Of a stretch of 64,000 bases of DNA, positions 1-11,188 are shown in pieces (the stretch's first letter is position 1; each line of letters opens with the position of its first letter). The stretch is taken from contig NC_133619.1 of the NCBI RefSeq assembly GCF_048593235.1, forward strand, positions 620,102,558-620,166,557, written 5' to 3'. The notes under the pieces are model-generated. The model had not been told where the DNA came from and made no database searches. It was given only the letters and a program-made list of their open reading frames with translations. The position numbers were made by a program, and so were the translations under genes. This DNA comes from Sminthopsis crassicaudata (taxonomy: Eukaryota).

Positions 1-90
1 CAGCACACCGCATCACACACACTCACACTGACAGCACACACATTGACACACTCACAGGCACGCACACGCACATACACACATACACGCGCG

Positions 91-153
<63 letters not shown>

Positions 154-160
154 ACACACA
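1..160. repeat. Compound (CA)n/(CG)n microsatellite
   Basis: Imperfect CA repeats, then a (CG)7 core at about 85-99, then a long perfect CA run to about 150. Confidence 0.95.
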
Positions 161-819
161 CTCCCACACACCCCAGTTTCCACTACTGCACGCTGCCACT
201 CCAGGCAGACAGCCAAGAAGGCGCATGAATGGGGCCAGTGTAGGGCAAGCCTCCAGGCTGGGAGCCCCGCGGGCGTGCCGTGACCTCGGGGACCTCCATC
301 ACCTCTGTTGGGGTTTGTTAGGAAGCCGCCTGTGTCCCCCGGGGTTCGTTCAACCCCCTGAATGAGACACAAGGGACGTCTAAAGAGGAGGCGGACGGAA
401 CATCCGTAGCTGCGGCTCGAGTTCACGCGCGAATCCGCTCAGCGGCCCACTCAGGACGCTAATTCGCGTGGGGCGCAGGGGAGGGCGCTGACCCGGCTCT
501 CCATTAACCCAGTGGGGACGGTATCAGGAAGAGCCGGCTAGCTGGGCAGGGGGGCTCATTTCAAGGGAGCACGCACTGGAAGCCGGGTCGGAAGTGGCCA
601 GGGAGGTCAACTTGCCGCCGATTGGCCTGTGCCGGTGTTGATCGGCGCGGCGCTCGCTTGTTACTGGATGCGTGGTTTGTCCATTTGAACTTCTCCCGCC
701 TCCTTGGGGGGCCGGGTTCCAGCGCGTTCCTCCTTGCTCTCTGCCATTGGTCGCCAGGCCCGCCTGTCTCCCCCTCCGATCTTTCGGTTGGTCCTGGAAG
801 TCCGGCGCCCCGCCCTTCC

Positions 820-941
820 CCACCCGGCTCGGAGGGCAGCCGGGAGGGAAGGCGGGCGGTGCTGGGGGTGGGGGGTTGGAGCCGCGGCGACTTCGGCAGC
901 TGCACCCGCTGAGGGGAAGGCCGCGAGTCCCGCAAGTCACG
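820..941 (+). other. MTOR: Putative non-coding exon 1 of MTOR (start uncertain)
   Basis: Strong donor ACG|GTGAGT at 941/942 inside the CpG island; MTOR is known to have a non-coding first exon; the TSS cannot be fixed from sequence. Confidence 0.5.
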
Positions 942-1475
942 GTGAGTGTGGAGCCCGCCGCTCGCCTCCCCGGGCCGGGCCAGGGCTGGGGCCCGGACCC
1001 CCGCGCGGGAGGGAGGCCGCGGCGCCTCTGGGCCCCCTGGGCCCCGCAGACGCCCCCAGGGCCCGGCCCGGCCCGGCCTCCCACCTCGGCTCGCGACGTC
1101 CTCCCGGCCTCGGGCTTCCCGAACTCCTCAAAAGCGTCTCGCCTCGTCCGGGGCCCCCGAGGCACCCCCGGCTCCTCAGGGACCTCCTAGAGACCCCCAC
1201 TCCGGCAGATGCCCCTTCCCCGAAGCTTTGCCAGAGTTCCCCTGGAACCCGATATCCTCCCAGAAGTTCCTGATTGACCAGAGACCCCGAGGTGCCCCGC
1301 ACCCCCCCGGGCCGGCAGAGGCCAGAGGTTCTCCCAGGGAACGCTGTCCGAGTGTTCCCGGGCTCCCTGCGCAGCCTCCATCCTCAGGGACCCCCAGAGC
1401 TCCCCTCAGCCATACAAGCCCCCCGGGAGCAGCCCCCGCCCGCTGGTGTGCGCGCTGCGGCAGAAGCCCTGTGAG

Positions 1476-1547
1476 CGGCTCCAACCAGGGCTCGGAGCGG
1501 CTCCTCCCAGACGGCTCCAACCAGGGCCCGGAGCGGCTCCTCCCAGA
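1476..1547. repeat. 36-bp tandem duplication
   Basis: cggctccaaccagggc(t/c)cggagcggctcctcccaga twice, one mismatch. Confidence 0.9.
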
Positions 1548-3381
1548 CCCCTAACAGTAAGCACTTATTAAGTGTCTGCTGTGTGCAAGCAACATGCTGA
1601 GCACTGAGGGTACCCAGAGAGCTGGCATCGGCCCCAGGAGCTTAGGTTCATCCCCTTCCCCTAAACCTGGCCCGGCCCCCTCCTAGTGCCCGAGGGCAGC
1701 GGGCGGGGTTGGGACCTAGCCCACCCTGGGGCTCCTGGCCTAGGGGAAGAGGGCGGTCCTTTTGGGAGAAGTTCCAGTCCTGTGCAGGACCTCCTGGAGC
1801 CCCCTCCCCCCACGTCTGCAGCCTGACCTGTAGCCCGGGGACCCAGAAGGAGGGGGGTGGGAAGGGCCGGGAAAGTGCTGATGCTCCCCGAAGCCGTCCC
1901 AGTTGTTGCTGGGAAGGGGGAGCGGAGCGGCTCCTTCCTCTGGAGAGAGCCCCGCTGTCCTGGGCTGAATGGCCTCTCCACTTCCCAGTTAGAAAAGCCA
2001 TGTTGCAGGCCGCCCAGCTGTTAGCAGTCCCAGCTGGGCTCCTGCCTGTCTTATTTGTCACCGGGGGTAAGGCAGTGAGTTCCCCATCACCTGGGGTATG
2101 CAAGCAGGGGCCGGGGACCCATGGCATCGGGTTCAGAATTCAGTTTGGGAGGGGCCGCTCAGCTAGAGCTTTGGGCCCATGGACTAATTGTGTGCGATCT
2201 TCCCCTCCCCTCCCCACCTTTTCTCATCACTTCCAGCCCGTTTGTCCCCAGACTCATTTTTCTGTTCCCTCTCCCGTGCGCTGGTACTGGGATCCTCCTC
2301 CAGCCTGCGCAGGAGCCCAGACTGGGGGCGGCCCAGGCGTTCCCAAACGTGCCAGCAGTTGGTGCCCCTCCTCCACAGGTTATGTCCCGGCTGTATGGGC
2401 ACGTGACACAATGTGATACATTAATGTGGGCCTATGTACGTAATATGTGCCCACATAACACGGGCACATTTTATAACCCCCTCACCGGGATGTAAGCGCC
2501 CTGAGCGGCCCTCATCCCCCAGGTACCCGGCACGTGTTAGACATTTCATTTCACAAGGGTGTAGGGACACACGGATTTCCTTCCACATGTGCCCATATGT
2601 ATGTCCACATATATGTGTATGCCCACAGATGCATGATGGGAAACAATTCAGAAGGTGCCAAAGAACAATCTTTATCTTTAATTAAAAAAAAATAAAACTA
2701 AGTACTTTATTCCAATCTTTTTAAAAATCTTTGTGTCTTTGAAACTTTTTTGATTACTAAATTTTCAACCAAAAACGAGGGAAAACTAGAGATGAGCACC
2801 CCCGAGAACCACCTGTATATTTGCGCACTCACTGACACACATAACACCTTCCAGTCAATCCTAGGCAGCAGGCACCTGTTAACAAGTGTCTCCATTGAAT
2901 CGATAAGCTCTAATGAGAGAAGCTGCTCCCAGGGCCAGGGCTGGAGGACTCCCATCAACTCCCCAGTCCAGTCCCCTCGTCATGGGGCGCCTTGTGCTAT
3001 CATTCCATCTCCACTCTTTACAGAGACCCAGATTCTAAAGGCCCCCTGCCCCCCTCCCTTGGGCCCAGCCCCCCGGAAGTGGCCTGACGAAGACTCCGCC
3101 TTGTGCAGGGTTATAGGCTCCTAGATCTGGAGCTGGAAGGGGCCTCCCCCCCCCCCGCACGAAGGGACTGAGGCACAGCCAGGGGGCTTGTCCAAGGTCG
3201 TACGCCTCGCGGGTGTCTCAGGTGGGATGCCGGTCCCCGCCACACCGCTTTGTGGGAGACTGAGGCCTGCCATAGAAGTCCATGGTGTTTTGTGGTTCAC
3301 ATTGCCCTCAATAGTTCGTCGCTATTTCCTTGGGGTTTTTCCTGCAGAGAAATGATCATTGAGCCTGACGCTAAGACCGGT

Positions 3382-3421
3382 TCAGACTCTCACAATGAGT
3401 CTCAGACTCTCACAATGAGTC
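3382..3421. repeat. 20-bp tandem duplication
   Basis: tcagactctcacaatgagtc twice, perfect. Confidence 0.9.
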
Positions 3422-3946
3422 GTCAGGAGGTCTCAGCCTCTTGGGGGGGCCTAGAAACGGTCTGAAGCGGCCTCTGGGCAAGCTCCGTCTCCAGGAGTCA
3501 GGCTGGGGAAGGTTCCTGGGCCCTTATTCGGCGGGCCCCGGGGAAGTCTCCCATGCTGCCAGGATCCCTTGGCTGCGTTTTTCCAGGGTCGGTGCTGCTC
3601 TGTGTTGAGGTCGTGGGGGTTATGATGTCATCACCGAATTTGGCTCCTGGCGGGGGGACGAGGGAGGGCTGCTGGCCGCTTGGGGCCCTCAGGCTGGCTG
3701 GAGCCGGCGAGTTCAGGCAGCTGGTAGGAATGGGATGTGAGGGAGAGCCCCGGCCACGGGGGCCGCTCACTGGCCCAGTTTGCTCTTGGACAGGCAGCTC
3801 GTTTCACACCCTGGGCTTCTTTTCTTAGCTCATATAATGGAGGTCTTGTCCTGGAGGACCCTGAGCTTATCTCCAGTTCTCTTCTTGAATCCGTCATTGA
3901 TTAAAATCCCTTTTGCAGGATCCCCAGGCCCGGGCCCAGCCCCACC

Positions 3947-4066
3947 ATGTCGGGCACCGTGACCATCCTCCAGCAGTTTGCCAGTGGCCTGAAGAGCCGC
4001 AGTGAGGAGACGAGGGCCAAAACTGCCAAGGAGCTGCAGCATTATGTCACCCTGGAACTCCGGGAG
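3947..4066 (+). CDS. MTOR: mTOR exon 2 (coding part; exon starts 3919)
   Basis: Kozak ccaccATG; MSGTVTILQQFASGLKSRSEETRAKTAKELQHYVTLELRE; acceptor ttttgcag at 3918; donor gtcagt. Confidence 0.95.
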
Positions 4067-4439
4067 GTCAGTGCCGCGTGGCCCTGGGGTGGGGGAGGTG
4101 TGCTGGCTGGGGTCGCGGGCGCTCTCCACGGGTAAGTCTGCACGTTTGTGGGGACCTCGCGGGTACGTCCTTTGTCACACTCACGTGCCTTCCCTGCTGA
4201 AAGTTATCTGCCCCTCTTCTTGCAAAGTGGCTTTCCTGAGACATCTCCGTATGGAAGCGTGGGTTCAGACAGGAACCTGACCCTGTGAAATTAGACAAGG
4301 GACGGTGGCAGCGTCTCTCCCACCTCCGGGTGTGTGGAGGGCACCCCCATTATCCAGTCGCTCGCTTGGAGTGGCTCTCAACTGTTCCCTCCCCTACTCC
4401 ACAGAGCCAATCATTTGCCAAACTGTTGATCCACCTACA

Positions 4440-4980
4440 GCCTTGTCTGGAATCCCTTCGTTCCATTGAACCCCCTCTACCCGACAGCAGCTGTCTTCTC
4501 ACCTGAACCATTTCCGTATCCCCCATTGGTCTCCTTACTTCTAGTCTCTTTCCTCTCCAATTTATCCTCCACACAGCTCCAAATCATTATTCCAAAACCA
4601 GGGCGGTGCCGTTGTGGAACTTCATTGCCTCCCGGGGCCTCAAATACAGTCATTTAAAGCCCTCTTCCACGGGCCTTCCTCCGGCTCTCCGGCCTTATCT
4701 CGTGTTCTGCACCTTTGTGTACTCCTGGCCTACAGACTGTTCCCGCTCTCCCTTCTCACCTCCACTTCCTAAAATCCCTCCTCCACAAAGCTTTTGCCTC
4801 CCTTATTAGTATCCTTTCCCTCTTGAAATTGCTTTTATGTCGCTGCTGTGTGTTTTATATCGACTTTCCTATGGACGTGCGGTATTCCCCCATAAGCTTG
4901 AGGGAGGACCTTCTGTTTTGGTCTTTGGGTCTTCGGCACATAGCACATAGGAGGGGCTTTGTAAAGGTTGAATTGTTGTG
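4440..4980 (+). mobile_element. Ancient L2 3' fragment (approximate bounds)
   Basis: Degenerate L2 3' motifs such as cccataagcttgagggaggacc...gcacatagcacatagg; family recognised from memory. Confidence 0.5.
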
Positions 4981-5043
4981 ATGTCTGGAAGGGGCCTTCC
5001 CTCAGAGGACGAAGAAGTTACTACAGACTTCCTCCATTTGCAG

Positions 5044-5152
5044 ATGAGTCAGGAGGAGTCTACCCGCTTCTATGATCAGTTGAATCATCACATTTTTGAA
5101 CTGGTGTCCAGCTCAGATGCCAACGAGCGGAAAGGGGGCATCCTGGCCATAG
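5044..5152 (+). CDS. MTOR: mTOR exon 3
   Basis: MSQEESTRFYDQLNHHIFELVSSSDANERKGGILAI; cag/gtaag; 109 nt. Confidence 0.97.
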
Positions 5153-5581
5153 GTAAGCGAGAACCAGCCAAGCAGGGTCTTGGCCTCAGGAGTCCTGGGC
5201 TAACTGTGGGCCTCTCAAACAAAGTAGGGCAATGAGCCACACACTTCAGCCAGCTTTTTGGTGATTGTCCAAGCCTGGGGCTTTTGTGTCCGGGCCACTT
5301 CACTGCTCATTTGCACCTCTCGCAAGGAGCAGACCACGCCAGTAATCGTGTCCAAAGCTGGAGAATTTTGCTCCCTGTGAAGGGCTGTGGCGATAAGTGT
5401 GAAATAGGGAAATGTGAAGCCTATTTTGTTCTTTAATTCAAAATGAGGGTTCAGTTTTCTGCTTCTCCCTTCCATTTGTTCTACAAGTTAACTGAGATTG
5501 CGGTGTTATAAATAAAGGGACAGAGGGCTCCTTTCTTCTCGGGTCCCGGCCCCATCCCCTGTCGTCTTTCCTCCCTTGCAG

Positions 5582-5811
5582 CCAGCCTCATAGGAGTGGA
5601 AGCATATGCCACCCGCATAGGCAGGTTTGCTAACTACCTTCGGAACCTCCTTCCCTCCAATGACCCAGTTGTCATGGAGATGGCATCCAAGGCCATCGGC
5701 CGCCTGGCCATGGCGGGAGACACTTGCACAGCTGAGTATGTGGAGTTTGAGGTGAAACGGGCCCTCGAATGGCTGGGTGCCGACCGCAATGAGGGCCGGA
5801 GACATGCAGCT
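5582..5811 (+). CDS. MTOR: mTOR exon 4
   Basis: [29 protein letters not shown]...RRHAA; cag/gtgag; 230 nt. Confidence 0.96.
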
Positions 5812-5891
5812 GTGAGTACTGGGAAGGCCAGCCTGGGCCCGGGGCAGACAAGGGAGGATTCTGGCTTAAGGGAAACGGGATTTAGAAATAG

Positions 5892-5893
<2 letters not shown>

Positions 5894-5956
<63 letters not shown>
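5894..5956. repeat. (TG)n microsatellite, intron 4
   Basis: About 31 perfect GT units. Confidence 0.97.
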
Positions 5957-5961
<5 letters not shown>

Positions 5962-6154
5962 TTATGTACCCATGCTTAAAAGGAAATTAATGGTGATGTT
6001 GGAGAAACGTGAGAATACAGGTGGCATGATGCATCCTATATTAGTCAGAGTTAATGGAGGTCTAGTCTTAACCTAGTGGGACCTAAAAGTGTCATGCAGT
6101 CAGTCCTCTGACATGCAGTCCTCCAGGACCCTAACTTGATTCTTTTCCCCTCAG

Positions 6155-6355
6155 GTTCTTGTCCTTCGTGAGCTGGCCATCAGCGTCCCCACCTTCTTCT
6201 TCCAGCAAGTGCAGCCTTTCTTTGACACTATCTTTGTGGCAGTCTGGGACCCCAAACAGGCCATCCGGGAAGGAGCTGTCTCTGCCCTCCGAGCCTGTCT
6301 GATCCTCACCACCCAGCGTGAACCAAAGGAGATGCAGAAACCCCAGTGGTACAGG
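6155..6355 (+). CDS. MTOR: mTOR exon 5
   Basis: VLVLRELAISVPTFFFQQVQPFF...KPQWYR; 201 nt. Confidence 0.97.
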
Positions 6356-7215
6356 GTGAGCGGGTTTGGTCCTTTCAGTAGAGGGCAAGCTGCTTTTCCT
6401 GCATAGACACTTGATGTTTGTTGGATAAGATAAGGACACATTTTAAACAGGATCCCCTCCCCCCAACCTTGTTCCCTTGGACTGGTGGTAGGTCCCTCAG
6501 ATATCCCAAGAGCCGAGAGTTAGGGTCCCAGAGTTTGCCAGTTAAGTCTGTCCCCTTCACTTTACAGAGGCCCAGAGAGGAGAAGTAGTTTGCGCTAAAT
6601 CACACAGCTAATAAGGAGCAGAGGCTCAGAGCTCTTCCCCTCCCTTTCCATGCTGCCTTCCCATGTGTTCACCTGTGCCCCAGAAAGTAGAACAGCATTT
6701 GGTTCCCTGGCTCTCACCCAGGCTTGTTATCAGGAATCCCAAACTAGAGCTCTGGGTTAAACAGCCTAGATTCACTTGGCAGGTTTCCTCACAAATCACT
6801 CTTCGGGCCAATGTCCACACATCCTGTTTTTCCCTAGGAACCCCAGAATTTGGCTTGTATTTAGGTTTCTGCAAAAAAGGAAAAAAGGCTTTTAGCTCCC
6901 AAACAACCACTGACACAGAGTAGCTTTCACTTAACTTAACAAATGAAACACTGCATCTGGGCCAGGAGTGCAGAGAGCCTTTCCCTTTCTGGTGAGCCCC
7001 AGGCCTGCAGAGCTACCCTGTGGTTGACATCTCCCTTCACCCCAGGGAAAAGAATTAGATGTGTCCATTACTGTCTCTGAGAGAGCTCGGTGAGGGCATC
7101 AGGAGCTCAGTAGGAACTTCCCGACTGCCATGACAGGAGAGCCCTACCCTCCGGGGCTGGCTTGTGGGCTGCGGCCTGCACGCGGTCACTGAGGACACCC
7201 TCCGTCTCTACCTAG

Positions 7216-7350
7216 CACACCTATGAAGAAGCAGAGAAGGGCTTTGACGAGACACTGGCCAAGGAGAAAGGCATGAATCGGGATGACCGGATCCACGGGG
7301 CCTTGCTGATTCTCAATGAGCTTGTGAGGATCAGCAGCATGGAGGGAGAG
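7216..7350 (+). CDS. MTOR: mTOR exon 6
   Basis: HTYEEAEKGFDETLAKEKGMNRDDRIHGALL...MEGE; 135 nt. Confidence 0.97.
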
Positions 7351-8060
7351 GTGAGTGCCAGATCCGGGCCTGGGCTGCTGCCTCCTGCACCACGGCAGGT
7401 GCCTGGTGTGGGCGGAACCTGGGAATGGCTTTGTCCCCGCCATGTGCCCCAGATTAAATAGCCTGCTCGTGTCAGCAGTTTACGGGAACTGAAAATAAAG
7501 CAGGCAAGGCTTCATAGGCAGGGTGGACCAAGAGAATTGTCAGTTCCCATCAAGTAATAGCGTGTGGTGTTGGATTTGGATGTGTTGATGAACAGCATTG
7601 AACAGTTCTCCGAAAACAGAGCACTGTCCCTCTTTGATGCCTTCCCATCCAGTTTGGTGAACCTTGGGACTGACAGAAAGCCATGACTTGCTCCTCTCCA
7701 GATCTCTGGGGAGATTAAAATGGGAACCTGCCTTTCCCCCTGGTCAGGCTCTCCTCACGCCATCTACTTGACAGTCCATGTGCTGGGGCTCAGGCTCCTG
7801 CTCCTGGTTCTGCCTTCTTGGCGAAGCTGAGCTCCAGCTGTGGGTGGGTATTAGGCCCTGAGTGCCCCCTGATGTTTCCCTAGTGTTTCAGTAGGTGGTG
7901 CTCTTCCCTTAAATGAGACCCGAGCCTCTGCCAGCTGCTGAGCTGGACCATAGTAGAGATGACCGTCTCCATTTTGGCTGTATAGGTTGCCCTAAAGAGT
8001 CTGCCGAGATCAAGGCTGGCAGCTGCTGCTACACAAAGCTGACTTCTTCCTCTCTTGCAG

Positions 8061-8336
8061 CGTCTCCGGGAAGAAATGGAAGAAATAACTCAGCAGCAGC
8101 TAGTGCATGACAAGTACTGCAAAGACCTCATGGGCTTTGGGACAAAACCTCGTCACATTACCCCCTTCACCAGCTTCCAGGCAGTGCAGCCCCAGCAGTC
8201 CAATGCCCTGGTCGGCCTGCTGGGTTACAGTGCCCACCAAGGCATTATGGGATTTGGGGCATCTCCCCTCCCAGCCAAATCCACCTTGGTGGAAAGCCGA
8301 TGTTGCAGAGATCTGATGGAAGAGAAGTTCGATCAG
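8061..8336 (+). CDS. MTOR: mTOR exon 7
   Basis: RLREEMEEITQQQLVHDKYCKDLMGFG...EEKFDQ; 276 nt. Confidence 0.97.
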
Positions 8337-8420
8337 GTGAGCCAGGGAAGCCCTCCTTTAGCTCCCAGCCTCCCTTCCCCCTCTTCTTGTTCTGACCCGT
8401 TGTTACCTTTGCTGTCCCAG

Positions 8421-8529
8421 GTGTGCCAGTGGGTGCTAAAATGCCGGAGCAGCAAGAACTCCCTCATCCAGATGACCATCCTTAATCTGTTACCCCGCCT
8501 GGCTGCGTTCCAGCCATCTGCCTTCACTG
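8421..8529 (+). CDS. MTOR: mTOR exon 8
   Basis: VCQWVLKCRSSKNSLIQMTILNLLPRLAAFQPSAFT; 109 nt; follows an 84-nt intron. Confidence 0.97.
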
Positions 8530-8745
8530 GTGAGCATAAGATGAACCGCTCCCAAATACTGATCAGGACCCTTTCCCTGCACACCCAGTGTGTGTCCAAG
8601 AGCACTAGGGAACATCTGCTTTTCTTCAGCCAAGGCTCCAAGTATATGGATAGAGACACCTCTCCCCCCCCCAAAAAAAAAGCAAAGGGCCAGCCAGCCC
8701 CATTCTTGTACATCTACGCATCCCTGAGTGTAATGTTCTCTAAAT

Positions 8746-9186
8746 TGTAATCTTCTCTGAGAGCAGGTTTCTTGGAGGACTTCTGGGAGGAGCCTTCATT
8801 TCAGTTCAATGTAATCACCCCAAATGCAGCTAGGCGTTAACGTCCAAATCCTTTTTGTTTCCATCAAAATCTTATCTCCTTCACTTGGGGCTCCAGTTTT
8901 CTGGAGGCCTTCCAGATCTTGACTCTAGTCCTTTGCCTCTATAAGCTTCAGCCTCCAGCCAGCACAAAGGTAGAAGTTGGAATGAATCTGACTCCAACTC
9001 CGAGAGTGGGCTTGTGGGTCTGGCCCTGAGAGCTTCCTGCTTATATGCTGTGCACCGAGTATACTTCAATCATTACATCAATAGGAAACCATTATTTGTT
9101 GTAAGATTAAATGAACGCTAAGTTAGATTTAACCACTGTCTCCTTAATTCCACTTAGTACATTGTTTCAAGTTCTGGCCCATAACA
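8746..9186 (-). mobile_element. ERV solo LTR (about 440 bp)
   Basis: Minus strand reads TGTTATGGGCC...GATTACA (TG...CA ends); same TGTTATGGGC start as the LTR at 28831; no clear TSD. Confidence 0.65.
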
Positions 9187-11001
9187 TCTCCTTGTAGGAT
9201 CAGATCAATCATACTGAACCATGCTAAATTAGATAATTATTATCTCTATCAATTCCACTGTCTGAGTACCTGGCAAGAATCATAATACCTGAGACACTGT
9301 CTCCTATCAGGCCCCGTAGCTGAGACAAATATAGCCACGGAGGTGTTACATGCAGGCTGGGTAAGAATTAGGAAGTATCAGAGGAGGAGGACGAGGCACT
9401 TAGCAACATAAAACTGTCAAGCCAGAGAGAAATAATCTCAAGACAGCATGGTCTGTCTTTTTTCAGTTGTCCCACTTCTTCCTGCCTGCCACGCAACCCT
9501 CTTTAATGACCAGACAGACCCTGTTCAGTCACGCGCTAAATAAACATGTGATGGTGTCCAAGGTTGACAAGGGGCTAATGGCTGGGCTCTAGGGGAGCAG
9601 CCACCTTCGCCAGCTCAGGGGCTGCTCAGCAGGGGAGAAGGCCCTAGTTGGGAGCCTTTGATGTGGGCTCTTTTTGTGTTTTCTTAAACAATACATTAAA
9701 ACATATCACAGCAATCGGGCCTGACAGGAATTCGTGTATACTACCATATAAAAGCTTTCTAGGCCGGGGTTCGTTCTGAGTTCACAAAAATACAGGCTTT
9801 GGGAATCTCTGCTCTGTTTGCCACGGTTGTGATCCTGGAGACACTGGGGCTGTGTGGCCCCCTTTTTTAGCTTGCCAAATCTGGAAAAGGAAAATAAATG
9901 CCCCTCTTAGCTTCCTCTTCCAAAACCAGCGACATGTTGTTGAAATTGTGCCCCTTCTCCCTGCTCTTCCTCCCCCCAAATATTAAAGCTGAGGATTTCA
10001 GTGGATAAGAACTTAGATCAAGGTTCAGATTCTGCCCCAGAGAGAGCTATTCTTGGGCGTTAGTTTGAGGTGATAGGACTTGAAAGAACCTGTGATTTGA
10101 GTGGTTGCACTCAAAATCTTTAATCCTCTAGTTTACTCTAATTTTGCCAGTGTCACAGCCTCCCATTTTCACAGTAAAAATAACCTTTTCCCAGCACATC
10201 CAGCCAGGTTTTGCTAAGGACTCAGGATAGAAAACATTTGTATTCTTTTCTATCTCTTACAGTAAAAATAAATGACATACTTTCATTATTTCCCCAACTT
10301 TCTCCTCAGTGCTTCCCCAAATCCCAGTTCTTCTTTCTATCATTCTTTGGGCCACCCTATGTCTGCCATATGTTTGTAGCATGGGGCTTCTAAGACACTG
10401 CCAAGAGAATCAGAGATAGAAGCAAATCAAGAAATGTCAACATTGAGACAGTGTCAGCAGTAGCACTTGAATTTGAATTACTGGCATATGGATGTTAGCT
10501 TATGCAATCAAATAGAAAAACATTCGAGGCTTTCCAAATTATAGATCTAATCCCCTAACATTAAGTATCATTATGATGAAGATCTGGACAACAAAAGATT
10601 TCCAAGCAATTGGCCCATTTGTTGGAAGCCATTTTCAATACAAAGTAATTTACACAGTCCCTTAGAATTCACTGTTAGAAGATTTGACCTGTATTTCATA
10701 AAGAAGAAATTCAGCTTGATGATTGTGACCCAGATAGCTAAGTGTAAGCCTGTAAAAATGCCTTAGAACAAGGTAACTGATCAGTATTACTCTTAGGAAA
10801 ACACTTTAAATTACCTTCTCTTTAACATTGCTTCACCTCTTCCCAAAAGTGCTTTTGTATGTCTTTAGCATAAGGCATATGATTCTTAGTAGGATTGTAG
10901 GAACTTCTTGAATCCATCCAGTGTTTCATGTTCCTCTTGAAAGGTAAACAAGACAGGACCACCCAAGCCCCAGACCCAGAGTTTCCCTCTTCTGCTTTCA
11001 G

Positions 11002-11188
11002 ATACTCAGTACCTCCAGGACACCATGAACCATGTTCTCAGCTGCGTCAAGAAGGAGAAGGAACGCACAGCTGCTTTCCAGGCCCTCGGCTTGCTCTCTG
11101 TGGCTGTGAGATCCGAGTTTAAGGTCTATTTGCCCCGTGTTCTGGAGATCATCCGAGCAGCCCTCCCACCCAAGGACTTTGCTCCTAA
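11002..11188 (+). CDS. MTOR: mTOR exon 9
   Basis: DTQYLQDTMNHVLSCVKKEKERTAAFQALG...PPKDFAP; 187 nt. Confidence 0.97.

Larger units (their letters stand above)
380..1560 (+). promoter_or_regulatory. CpG-island promoter of MTOR
   Basis: Very high GC and CpG density; ETS-like CGGAAGTG at 589-596, inverted CCAAT (ATTGG) at 621-625 and 746-750, GC box CCCCGCCC at 808-815; lies 5' of MTOR coding exon 2. Confidence 0.8.

Noticed and set aside
23-426. ORFs with VCVC or THTH runs (also near 5894 and 48800)
   Set aside because: Translations of dinucleotide microsatellites.
524-2416. Many 100-235 aa ORFs on both strands in the CpG island and intron 1
   Set aside because: Pro/Gly/Arg-rich low-complexity translations expected from GC-rich DNA with few stop codons; no recognisable domain.
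2692-2697. AATAAA in MTOR intron 1 as a premature poly(A) site
   Set aside because: Lies in an A-run and such hexamers are common; no independent support.
3382-3421. 20-bp tandem repeat as a CRISPR-like or functional array
   Set aside because: Two adjacent copies without spacers; ordinary slippage duplication. No CRISPR or prokaryotic features anywhere in the window.
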